Shown here in pieces: positions 44,080-52,693 of a DNA stretch of 53,951 bases (position 1 is its first letter; every line of letters begins with the position of its first letter). The DNA is taken from IMG/VR virus record IMGVR_UViG_2228664021_000103, positions 1-53,951 of that record. One strand, written 5' to 3'. A program made the translations under genes and the position numbers. The stretch comes from a virus (lineage: Duplodnaviria > Caudoviricetes). Under the pieces are notes generated by a model, which worked only from the letters and a program-made list of their open reading frames with translations, made no database searches and was not told the origin of the DNA.

Positions 44080-44460
44080 ATGGCAATTCACGATAGGGAT
44101 TCTTCGCCTAGTGGCACAGAAATACTGTTGGCTCTGGAAGGTGCCTTAGAGTGCCTGGAATGGACAGAAACAACAGATACAGGTGAGCCCCTGGACTCAC
44201 TGGGATTCTACTTCACAGAGTCCGCTAGGGAGTCTGTGAAAGCCGACTTGATTAGCTTTATCGAGAGCAATCAGGAAGACCTTGACGGTATCGGCTATGG
44301 GCAAATAGGGCATGACTTCATTCTGACTCGCAATCACCATGGGGCAGGATTCTGGGACAGGGGATTAGGTGACAGAGGGGACAGGCTCACAGAGTCGGCT
44401 CATGCTTACGGTTCTGTCGGAGCCTTTGTAACCGACAGTGACGAGCTAGAAATCCAGTAG
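44080..44460 (+). CDS. acidic phage protein with GHDFxLTRNHHGAGFWDR motif
   Basis: GAGAGGA SD; distinctive motif, function unknown to me. Confidence 0.75.
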   Translation: MAIHDRDSSPSGTEILLALEGALECLEWTETTDTGEPLDSLGFYFTESARESVKADLISFIESNQEDLDGIGYGQIGHDFILTRNHHGAGFWDRGLGDRGDRLTESAHAYGSVGAFVTDSDELEIQ

Positions 44461-44470
44461 GGAGGACACC

Positions 44471-44641
44471 ATGGCGTTTCAAATCAAATACGGACCAGAG
44501 GTTCTCAATGAATTCGACACTCTGGATAACGCTATCGATATGTTGACCTACGAGATTGTAGATATGGGTAGACCATCCACTATGTATGTCTACGATACCG
44601 AAGAGCAAACTCGGTATGACTTAGAGGATGTAAGACTATGA
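44471..44641 (+). CDS. 56-aa acidic hypothetical protein
   Basis: GGGAGG SD; ATGA overlap with next gene. Confidence 0.6.
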   Translation: MAFQIKYGPEVLNEFDTLDNAIDMLTYEIVDMGRPSTMYVYDTEEQTRYDLEDVRL

Positions 44642-44877
44642 CAACAACAGAGAAGGTCTACGCTGATGGTTATGGCCGTTGGCACGTTATTGTGAAGGAT
44701 TCTGCCTACGGATTGCAACATGCCATATACGCAATCGCCAGTGAGCTACAGGAACGTAGCGCCCATGGTACGGACCCTGTTGACGTGCTTCACTATGTCA
44801 ATGACAACATTGTGAGCATCCCGGATGCTGAGCCGGGATATATCCACTTCGCAGAGTATTCGATCCTAGGTAATTGA
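44638..44877 (+). CDS. hypothetical protein
   Basis: GAGGA SD. Confidence 0.65.
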   Translation: MTTTEKVYADGYGRWHVIVKDSAYGLQHAIYAIASELQERSAHGTDPVDVLHYVNDNIVSIPDAEPGYIHFAEYSILGN

Positions 44878-44879
44878 CT

Positions 44880-44985
44880 CTCCCTCCATTAGGCGCTCAT
44901 ACCGTTTAGTGGGGGGATTGAGTCTGTCATACCACCCTGGGATGAAAGTCGCTCTACGGGGCGTACGTGACCGCCTAGGGCACAA
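44880..44985 (+). ncRNA. long hairpin + multiway-junction element D
   Basis: hairpin 44880-44917; CCCTGGG/CCTAGGG closing stem with GAAA and TACG tetraloop hairpins; then C-ACAA. Confidence 0.5.
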
Positions 44986-45039
44986 TTCACACACTCGCAC
45001 GATTCGCAATGCCGACCCCAAATGAAAGGACACACACCT

Positions 45040-45198
45040 ATGCCCCGTATCATTCCTAAGCGCCACCATGGCAGAGTTTGGAGATACTGGCACTGGGACA
45101 GGTCACCTAGCGGCCTGACTCGATTTCAGGCTATGACGATCTCAATCCTGATGTTCGGCGCACTTCTAACTTGTGGCTTGATAGGGTGGCTACGCTGA
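45040..45198 (+). CDS. 52-aa membrane protein
   Basis: GAAAGGA SD; C-terminal TM helix. Confidence 0.6.
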   Translation: MPRIIPKRHHGRVWRYWHWDRSPSGLTRFQAMTISILMFGALLTCGLIGWLR

Positions 45199-45287
45199 GA
45201 ACTAAGAGGGTGCCCAAGAATGCAGATTCCGAAAAAGTGGGGGAGGGTTTTGCCATAGACAACTCTGTCTACCCCGAAAAGCAAGAA

Positions 45288-45430
45288 CCCAATGATTCAT
45301 TGAGTTTCACGTTTTGTCACACCCTCCCCCTTAAGTACTCTAATTATATATGTATATGATATATATATATATAATATTCAATCTAAAGCGAGTACAGGGC
45401 ACAAAACGTCTTTTTCAATAGATCATTGGG
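45288..45430. other. candidate replication origin: 30-bp imperfect inverted repeats flanking an (AT)n core
   Basis: arms 45288-45317 and 45401-45430 match 23/30; TATATATGTATATGATATATATATATATAATA core. Confidence 0.55.
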
Positions 45431-45752
45431 AACTTTTTTTCCAGCCACCCCGAAACACCCTCCAAAAACTCCATATTATGAAATAGTGTCCATAAATATG
45501 CAAAATATAATATAGTACTATTAGCTAATACCACTATGAATTATAATGGGTTTTCCTAATGTCATAACTCAATATACGAATATCGCAAAGAGCCTCAGTA
45601 CCCCCCGTTTTTGGTGGTAAAGAGCCCTGGAGGGACACCCCTTGGGAGGTCACTGGAGAGCGCTCAGGGGCTCTGCGAGTATCGTGCGGACGAGTACCCC
45701 ATGGTGCCGAAGAGGGGTCGCGAGGATGGCGCAAAGATTTTCGGATTGGTAC

Positions 45753-45781
45753 TTGACAAGCTAAAATCCATGCACTAAAAA
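45753..45781 (+). promoter_or_regulatory. probable sigma-70/SigA-type promoter
   Basis: TTGACA at 45753-45758; -10 is ambiguous (TAAAAA at 17-nt spacing). Confidence 0.4.
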
Positions 45782-45795
45782 GGGTATGGACAACA

Positions 45796-46215
45796 ATGAC
45801 CGTGGCCCAAGACAACGAAGGAGGAATAATCGTGAGACATGGCACACTGCGTCACAAGGACAGCGGGAGCGTATTGATTGGGATGATACGCGAGTGGGAA
45901 GGAGGCCTTGGAACTACCTACGAAGTCAAGGTGGACGAAGCATTCCAGACCAGCAATATGGTGGGTGCGGAGAATGGCTGGACGGTGGAGTATGACCCTA
46001 CTCCCATCGTCCTACCCACGGTCAGCTATGCCATCATAACCCTGGTGTATCCGATGGGGGACGACGAGAGCCGAACCTTGGTCTACCTGCTGAGGAAGAG
46101 AACATGGGTACGGGTGGGGGCTCCGGAGTCCTACGAACCGGAAGCCATGCAGGAGCATGTGGAGAGGCTTGTTAGCGCCGGATGGGAATATGTTGTCGCC
46201 TACAAGGGTCACTAA
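45796..46215 (+). CDS. hypothetical protein
   Basis: first ORF after the AT-rich region. Confidence 0.65.
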   Translation: MTVAQDNEGGIIVRHGTLRHKDSGSVLIGMIREWEGGLGTTYEVKVDEAFQTSNMVGAENGWTVEYDPTPIVLPTVSYAIITLVYPMGDDESRTLVYLLRKRTWVRVGAPESYEPEAMQEHVERLVSAGWEYVVAYKGH

Positions 46216-46229
46216 GGAACGAGGGAGGA

Positions 46230-46475
46230 ATGATGAACGAGGATAACGAGGTCGTGGTCGAATTCACGATTACGGAAACGACCAACTACACGGGTCGAGT
46301 GACCATCGACACAGAGGAATACGAGCGGGTCATGGGTGGACCCTATGAGCCCGGCGAAATCACGCTGGACGATGTTCGCAGCTACGTCGATTCGACCGGG
46401 GCGAACGTCGAGGAACTTTACGGGGACGTTCAGGGACAGGAATGGTATGACCTGGAAGTGGAGGGGGCAAAATGA
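46230..46475 (+). CDS. acidic hypothetical protein
   Basis: GAGGGAGG upstream. Confidence 0.65.
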   Translation: MMNEDNEVVVEFTITETTNYTGRVTIDTEEYERVMGGPYEPGEITLDDVRSYVDSTGANVEELYGDVQGQEWYDLEVEGAK

Positions 46476-46888
46476 GTCCGATCACGGTCAAGCCCAGTGT
46501 CGAGGAAATGGTGGAGTCCTGGCGGGAGAATCTGTACCTGGAGGGCACCATCGAGGTTCTGGGAGGTTACTGGAAGGATAGGGCGGGGGATGGCGGGATG
46601 CGGTGGGACGTCCTCTACGCTGAGGCATACCGACAGGGGATTCTGGACGGTCTTGTTCTGGCGAGCCGGGAGAATGCGGACAATCCGCCCGCTGATTTCT
46701 ACCAGAGCATGGTGGGCAAGGAGGTTCTTCTCCTGGTGGGAACCGAGACCGCCGTAAGGGGGACTCTCACAAAAACAGGGTACTGGCACCACAACGATCC
46801 ATGGTTCATCATCGACCGAGACTGGAATAATTTTCAGTTTCGCCTGGTCGAGGGTGGAGATTGGTCAATACGGGAGGTCGGCGCATGA
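46472..46888 (+). CDS. hypothetical protein
   Basis: GGAGG SD, ATGA-type overlap. Confidence 0.65.
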   Translation: MSPITVKPSVEEMVESWRENLYLEGTIEVLGGYWKDRAGDGGMRWDVLYAEAYRQGILDGLVLASRENADNPPADFYQSMVGKEVLLLVGTETAVRGTLTKTGYWHHNDPWFIIDRDWNNFQFRLVEGGDWSIREVGA

Positions 46889-47250
46889 CGCTGGAGATTA
46901 CGGAAGAGCAGTTCACGCAGGCCATGAGGGACGCCGTGAACGAGCGCGGGGAGGATTACCGTTACTACGAGCATTTCGGATGGGCCTCTTGTAGGAACTA
47001 CTCCGAAGAAGAGGGGACCATGTGCCTAGTCGGTTTGGCGCTGGAGAAATGTGGGGTTAATTGGTCGGATCAACCTCAATGGATATGGGGTTGCAATGTC
47101 GATGACCTGGATCACAACACACTCGTGCATTTCAGCAATCGTAGACTTCTCTATGCAGCCGAGGAGGCACAAAGAGTGCAGGACAGGGGAAGAACATGGG
47201 GAACGGCGCTAGGGGTCTACGAGCGTATTCTGGCGGGGGTGGGAGCATGA
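46885..47250 (+). CDS. hypothetical protein (paralogue of 48352-48771)
   Basis: CLVGLAL...AQRVQDRGRTWGTAL. Confidence 0.7.
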   Translation: MTLEITEEQFTQAMRDAVNERGEDYRYYEHFGWASCRNYSEEEGTMCLVGLALEKCGVNWSDQPQWIWGCNVDDLDHNTLVHFSNRRLLYAAEEAQRVQDRGRTWGTALGVYERILAGVGA

Positions 47251-47381
47251 CGATAGAAGAAATGATTGCCTATCTAAAGACGTGGGCGAAGATCAACCGA
47301 CAAGAGGTTTATGGGAGTCCTGCCGATTACGTGGACGCTGACCGGCTCCTGGCGGAGCTTGCCAACCTTGAGAGGGCGTGA
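47247..47381 (+). CDS. hypothetical protein
   Basis: ATGA overlap. Confidence 0.55.
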   Translation: MTIEEMIAYLKTWAKINRQEVYGSPADYVDADRLLAELANLERA

Positions 47382-47713
47382 GCATGACGATCTTCGCATC
47401 CGCCCCACCCATCAACGACGACCCGACGCCGTGGCTTGATAGCCGAGGCCTACGGTTCCGAATCAAGCACGGCGACCGTTACGGTACTACGAAGTGGTCC
47501 CCCCGCCCCGGGTTCGACCGCCCCCGAGCGCACGAGGCCAACCCCATCCTGGTGGAGTTTCGCGAGCGGGAGAACCCGAAAAACATCTACGCGCTCTCCC
47601 AATGGATCATGTTCATCGGGGAGGGCTGGGATGGTTCCATCTGTCAGGCCACCACGCCCCAGATCGACCACGCCCGTAAGGTTCTTGTCCGCCTCGCGGC
47701 ATTCAGTAAATAA
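47378..47713 (+). CDS. hypothetical protein
   Basis: GTGA overlap; high GC3. Confidence 0.6.
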   Translation: MSMTIFASAPPINDDPTPWLDSRGLRFRIKHGDRYGTTKWSPRPGFDRPRAHEANPILVEFRERENPKNIYALSQWIMFIGEGWDGSICQATTPQIDHARKVLVRLAAFSK

Positions 47714-47735
47714 GCAGAGAGAAGGAGGATTAGCA

Positions 47736-47939
47736 ATGGATGAGTACACAGAGATTGAGGATTTTCCGGAGGGCACCGTGTTCCAGTTCGGTTCCGGCGC
47801 ACCGTGGCTGAGAACCGCACGTGGCGTGCGAGATCTGATTCCCCACCTGGCGGATCGGGAATCCGAAATTCCCGCCCATTGGGAGGAGTTTCGGAAGCAC
47901 AACCCCATCACGATCCTGTACCTTCCCGAGCAGGAGTAG
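47736..47939 (+). CDS. hypothetical protein
   Basis: AAGGAGG SD. Confidence 0.65.
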   Translation: MDEYTEIEDFPEGTVFQFGSGAPWLRTARGVRDLIPHLADRESEIPAHWEEFRKHNPITILYLPEQE

Positions 47940-47944
47940 GGCCG

Positions 47945-48319
47945 ATGCTGATCTATCGCGTAGAGCACCCGGCGACCGGTAAGGGTCCGTACTCGTGGCA
48001 TAACCATCACATGGAGGCCAATAGGGTTTCCAATGAGATTGGTAATGCTCATAGCAGCCCCACGCATCCGAATCCCTACAGCGAGGGGTTGCTTGTTCAC
48101 AGCCTGACGAGCGTGTGCGGTCTGGCAAGCCCTGAGCGGTTGCTGGAGTGGTTCGATGGATGGCTGAGCAGGTTTAATGATGCAGGGTTCCGTATCCGTA
48201 TCTACAACTCACCCGACTGGTGGGTTCAGGTCGGCAAGAAGCAGGTGGTTTTCAACAAGAGCGAGTCCATTTTGATATCCGATTATTCGGTTGTTGATTT
48301 CCGGGACAGGTTCTGGTAG
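47945..48319 (+). CDS. hypothetical protein, possible ADP-ribosyltransferase-like fold
   Basis: AGGAG SD; IYRVE...GPY...HPNP...CGLAS...QVVF pattern. Confidence 0.6.
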   Translation: MLIYRVEHPATGKGPYSWHNHHMEANRVSNEIGNAHSSPTHPNPYSEGLLVHSLTSVCGLASPERLLEWFDGWLSRFNDAGFRIRIYNSPDWWVQVGKKQVVFNKSESILISDYSVVDFRDRFW

Positions 48320-48351
48320 AAATGACTCAACGAGGAAATAAGGAGGAAGCA

Positions 48352-48771
48352 ATGCCCGCTAAGGTTGACGTACCAGAGCTCCTGGAGATTCTGGACAAGG
48401 TTGTCAGGGAGTCGCCGTCTGGTATGGCGACAACCCGAGAGTGTTTCTACACGGAGGGGGCTTCTAAGTATGGTCCCGATCTCACCCACGAGACCGACGC
48501 GGCGGAGTATTCTCAACCCCATTGCATTGCGGGGTGCGCAGTATTCGAGATAGGTGGGGCGGAGGCACTGGGTCGATTGAAGGAGGATCGAATCATCGAC
48601 GCGAGCCCCAACGGGGCCGTGCTGGGTAGCCTGAGATTTACCGACGAGGCCGTCGTGGTCTTGGCTGCCGCTCAGCGGGCACAGGATTCGGGTGACACCT
48701 GGGGAGAGGCGCTGGGGAAAGCTAGGCGCATCGTCGCTCTGATGGCCTACGAGGAAGGGGAGGCGAACTGA
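48352..48771 (+). CDS. hypothetical protein (paralogue of 46885-47250)
   Basis: AAGGAGG SD; CIAGCAV...AQRAQDSGDTWGEAL. Confidence 0.7.
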   Translation: MPAKVDVPELLEILDKVVRESPSGMATTRECFYTEGASKYGPDLTHETDAAEYSQPHCIAGCAVFEIGGAEALGRLKEDRIIDASPNGAVLGSLRFTDEAVVVLAAAQRAQDSGDTWGEALGKARRIVALMAYEEGEAN

Positions 48772-48773
48772 CC

Positions 48774-48926
48774 ATGCAGAAGACGTGGAAGGTCGTGTGG
48801 GACGACGGTACACCTATTGTCGTGGATATCGACGTACAGGACGAAGCAGAATATATTGCAACGCTCCTGAATCAGGTGTATGGTGGGGGAACGTTCGGAG
48901 TTAAGGAGGTTACGGATGCCGAGTGA
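48774..48926 (+). CDS. 50-aa hypothetical protein
   Basis: GGGGAGG SD; MQKTWKVVWDDG... Confidence 0.55.
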   Translation: MQKTWKVVWDDGTPIVVDIDVQDEAEYIATLLNQVYGGGTFGVKEVTDAE

Positions 48927-50874
48927 TGAGCAGCTATTGCTTGCCCAACTGAGGCAGATTATTGCCCACCCCCCGACGATGACGATCTTAGATGACGTGA
49001 CGTGGGTAAGAATCAACGAAGACGAAGAGGAAAGGACGGTTACAGCAATGCCAACAACAACACAAGTGCCATACAAGGGAAGGCTGGTGGGCAGAAGGGC
49101 TTACCGAGCCCTGACGGGTGACGAGAGGGGATGGCTGGACGAGTGGTCTAGGCTGTCCATGTGGCTCCTGCGGCACACGAACACACTTCCCTCACAAGCC
49201 CGCAGCCTGTCTACCGAATACTTCGGCGCTGACGCCGTGACCAAGCGGCGGATCGTGCGCATCCTGAACGGGCTGAGGGATTCCCTGGATACCTACGCTC
49301 GGGAGAGGAAGTGGTACGAGAGCTTCCCAGAGGGTGGGACTCTGGTGGTTACCGTCCCGAATGCGAAGTCCGGTGAGGTTTCCGTTCGTGGGGCACTCTC
49401 GGAGCTCTCGGAGCGTCCAGAGCGCGCAAATCCTCCCAGACTATCGAACGAGGTTACCGTCTACGGCGCTTCGGTCGGGATCAACAACAAGGACTGGTAT
49501 GACTCGCTCCTTCTGGGTGACGATCCCCTCGCAACGATCTTTCAGGACATGACGATTCCGAAGTGGCTGAGGTTGGACCTGGAGGGACCGACCCGCATGA
49601 TTACTCCCAAGCCCGCGTATGAGAGTGCGTTCTATGCGTCACTCATCGGGGATTTCTGGTCCAGACAGGGCGGAACCTACAGGACGCGCACCGACTTTGA
49701 GGGGAAGGACGAGATGACATATCTTCACGCCATCAGTCTCCGAGAGAAGGTTGCTGAGATGACCTCTTCGAGGCACATTAGGGAGCACTGGGATTCGTGG
49801 AAGGATCGTAAGGGCATTAAGACCGACCCTAAGCACCTCCCCAAGGAGGTTCGCAACGCTAAGGTGCGCATGAACGCGGTTGATCCCGTTCGTGGCCTGA
49901 GGTCTTACCTTGACCTGCGCACGGCGAGCATCAATCCCCTGACCGATCTGGACTGGCTGACCATTCCCGAGCATGGGGTTCTGGCGAGCCGGGAATGGGG
50001 CATCGAAGTTGAGTCTGGCGGGGCAAGGGGCGTGAGTGCCCCTGCTGGCTGGGACTCTCGGTATGACGGGTCGCTGGAGAGCGCCTACAATGACCTCTCG
50101 GATAGTTGCGAGAACGATCACAACGAGGAAGTGTGGAGCAATGAGGACGTGGCATGGGTGGAGAACCCGGACTACACCCCGGAGGACGACTGCGAATGGT
50201 GCAGTTCATACGGGGATGAGGACGAGGATTGCAAGGAATTCGTATCCCCCATTCTGCGGTCCTTCCACTCCAGAGGGCTTGAAGAGATCACCCGCGTTCT
50301 GGCCCAGAACCCGCAGAACACGAGTTCAGGCATTCACGTTCACGTGAACGCTGGCGACCTGACGCCCCGCCAGGTTGGCTCTCTGGTGTATGGCTACCAG
50401 CTTCTGGAGCCACTTCTGGAGCCCATCTACCAGCGCGTGGTTCGGGGTTACTGCAAGGTCCGTCCCGAGGATGAGGTTATCGAGATTGGTCGATCCTCGA
50501 AGGGGACTGGCATCATTCAGAACCTGTATGCCGGTGACCGCTATGTCAGCCTGAATCTGTGCGCGATCGATGCGCACGGAACGATCGAGTTCCGGGCAAT
50601 GGGGCCGGTCTACGACTACAACTACCTGATTCGCTGGGCGCATCTGTGCCGCGATCTGGTGAACGCTGCTGTCGCTGGTGCTCAGGCAAAAGACTGGGCG
50701 ACGATCACGGATCAGGCGAGTCTGCGGTCCTTCCTGCTGCGATTCGGCAAGGAGGGGGTGGAGAGCGAGTTGCGACGGATCACCGACCTTGATATCACGA
50801 ACATGGAGGACATGAATTCCAACGCCGACATGAATGCGGATGGGACATTTGTGGCCCAGCGTGGCGAAGTCTGA
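48916..50874 (+). CDS. amidoligase (COOH-NH2 ligase, Amidoligase_2-type) with long N-terminal extension
   Basis: WGIEVE, DGSL, EFVSPIL, SGIHVHV, RYVSLNL, GTIEFR motifs; starts at 48916 or 49048, both with SD. Confidence 0.85.
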   Translation: MPSDEQLLLAQLRQIIAHPPTMTILDDVTWVRINEDEEERTVTAMPTTTQVPYKGRLVGRRAYRALTGDERGWLDEWSRLSMWLLRHTNTLPSQARSLSTEYFGADAVTKRRIVRILNGLRDSLDTYARERKWYESFPEGGTLVVTVPNAKSGEVSVRGALSELSERPERANPPRLSNEVTVYGASVGINNKDWYDSLLLGDDPLATIFQDMTIPKWLRLDLEGPTRMITPKPAYESAFYASLIGDFWSRQGGTYRTRTDFEGKDEMTYLHAISLREKVAEMTSSRHIREHWDSWKDRKGIKTDPKHLPKEVRNAKVRMNAVDPVRGLRSYLDLRTASINPLTDLDWLTIPEHGVLASREWGIEVESGGARGVSAPAGWDSRYDGSLESAYNDLSDSCENDHNEEVWSNEDVAWVENPDYTPEDDCEWCSSYGDEDEDCKEFVSPILRSFHSRGLEEITRVLAQNPQNTSSGIHVHVNAGDLTPRQVGSLVYGYQLLEPLLEPIYQRVVRGYCKVRPEDEVIEIGRSSKGTGIIQNLYAGDRYVSLNLCAIDAHGTIEFRAMGPVYDYNYLIRWAHLCRDLVNAAVAGAQAKDWATITDQASLRSFLLRFGKEGVESELRRITDLDITNMEDMNSNADMNADGTFVAQRGEV

Positions 50875-50926
50875 ACATCACTGATAGGTTTTGTCACTGA
50901 GGGATTAAACGTTAGGAGAAATATAT

Positions 50927-52138
50927 ATGTGCTCAATTTCAGGGTTCAGTCTGAGTCCGCAGAGTAAGATCAACGCACGCGAGCTATCGCACGCCCTTCT
51001 CGCTGAGGGGGATGTTCGGGGCGATCAGGCCAGCGGTTACGCCTATGCCATGGAGGATGGCCGGAGAGGGTTCTACAAGAACCACGTCAAGGGAGTCCAG
51101 CTAAGGCTTCGGGCCATGCCGAGGGACGCTAAGGCGGTGATCCTCCACACGAGGTACGCTACTCATGGCTCAGTGCTGGATAACGCTAACAATCATCCGA
51201 TTGTCAGTCAGAGTGGAAGGATCGCCCTCGTTCATAACGGGGTGATCTGGAACGATGATGAGATTCGCGAGGATTATGCGTGGCCCATGCTGCCAGAGGT
51301 CGATTCGTCCGTCATCCCAGAACTGATCGAGTTCGGTGGACCGGATGAGACCGAGAAGCTTGCTGGTGACGCTGCGATTGCGTGGCTGGACGACCAGACC
51401 GGGACCACCGTTCACGTGGCACGAGTGTCGGGAAACCCTATCGCCGTGGCCGTTCTGATGGATGGTTCGTTCGTATTCGCCAGCACCGAAGATATCCTGG
51501 GGAAGGCGCTGAATCGAGTTGGCCTGTCGTGGGTGGGGAGATATCCCGATCCCTTCAAGACATTCGAGGAGAGCGACTACCTGACGGTTCGCGACGGCAA
51601 CGAGGTATCGTACCGGAAACTCCCTGAGTCGATGGGCTGGAAATCCTACCTGGGGGCAAGTCGTGGCACGTGGTACGCGGCCACTCAGGGCGGTGGCGAT
51701 CCTGCCTTCGATGACGAGAACTACGACCGCTGGTGGAATGAGCGCGACCGTGAGGCCGACGAGTACTACGACGGCGTGAGGGACGGAAAGGGTCTCGTAG
51801 TCTATAACGGGTCTGGGACGGGTCCGGGACGCCTGGACGAGTTCTACACCATGGACCATGAGGGTGACTACATGGGTTACAAGGATCTTGATATCCTCGT
51901 CAATGTCCTGATCTGGCACGCGGGGCTGAGCGCCAATATGGTTGACGTTCCGGGGGCTGAGGGTGAGAACAAGTGGGTGAATCAGTTTGCCGACGTGGGA
52001 CACGTGGGGCTGGACGGTTCTCTTCTGTCGTGGGTTGCCAACCCCGAGGAGACCTATCAGTTCGACCGTGACGTTCCCGAAACCCTCTCCTTCGTGCGCG
52101 AGGGTGCGGCACTCCTGGCCATGCTGGTAGGTGCGTGA
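50927..52138 (+). CDS. class II (Ntn) glutamine amidotransferase
   Basis: Cys2 (MCSISG), RG, HTRYATHG, NNHP, HNGVIWN, VDSS. Confidence 0.9.
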   Translation: MCSISGFSLSPQSKINARELSHALLAEGDVRGDQASGYAYAMEDGRRGFYKNHVKGVQLRLRAMPRDAKAVILHTRYATHGSVLDNANNHPIVSQSGRIALVHNGVIWNDDEIREDYAWPMLPEVDSSVIPELIEFGGPDETEKLAGDAAIAWLDDQTGTTVHVARVSGNPIAVAVLMDGSFVFASTEDILGKALNRVGLSWVGRYPDPFKTFEESDYLTVRDGNEVSYRKLPESMGWKSYLGASRGTWYAATQGGGDPAFDDENYDRWWNERDREADEYYDGVRDGKGLVVYNGSGTGPGRLDEFYTMDHEGDYMGYKDLDILVNVLIWHAGLSANMVDVPGAEGENKWVNQFADVGHVGLDGSLLSWVANPEETYQFDRDVPETLSFVREGAALLAMLVGA

Positions 52139-52572
52139 TGACTGACTATAATGAATTCGACCTCGTAGAGGCCGTGAGGGGTGAAGAGATCATTCGCGGG
52201 CGCGTCACAGACAACTATTGCATCGGTCGAACTGGGAGGACTATTGGATACTATGAACTGCATGGCTTCACGGTAACCCGCATTGAGCGAGTGGTGCCAC
52301 TGCCGACCGAGCCCGGCGCGTATAGCTCCAGAACCGGGTCAGTGCATGTCCTTACCAGCGACGGTCAATGGTTGGACTTCTCGTTATGGAACGGAACACC
52401 TTGGCTCGCCCCACCAACGGATTATGCACCGTTCGTTCCTCTTGAACCCGTATCGGTCACGGCCAGGGATGTTCTGGAATGCATCAAGCGAGAGTATGGC
52501 GAGAACTTCCTGAACAATTCAGACCCCTACCTGAACGAGGTCGCTGAGATTTTTGGGGTGACAAATGACTAG
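52138..52572 (+). CDS. hypothetical protein
   Basis: TGATG coupling; LPTEPG motif. Confidence 0.65.
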   Translation: MTDYNEFDLVEAVRGEEIIRGRVTDNYCIGRTGRTIGYYELHGFTVTRIERVVPLPTEPGAYSSRTGSVHVLTSDGQWLDFSLWNGTPWLAPPTDYAPFVPLEPVSVTARDVLECIKREYGENFLNNSDPYLNEVAEIFGVTND

Positions 52573-52693
52573 GACAGCAGCCCAGCTTGTGAGGATGCTG
52601 GGATACGAGACCGACTACATTGTCGTGGAAGAGGCCATCGGAGAGTGGCTGAAACAGGCGGAGTACGAAGATAACGAGGAGGATTACGAATGA
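52565..52693 (+). CDS. 42-aa acidic hypothetical protein
   Basis: overlaps both neighbours, fills the gap. Confidence 0.5.
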   Translation: MTRTAAQLVRMLGYETDYIVVEEAIGEWLKQAEYEDNEEDYE

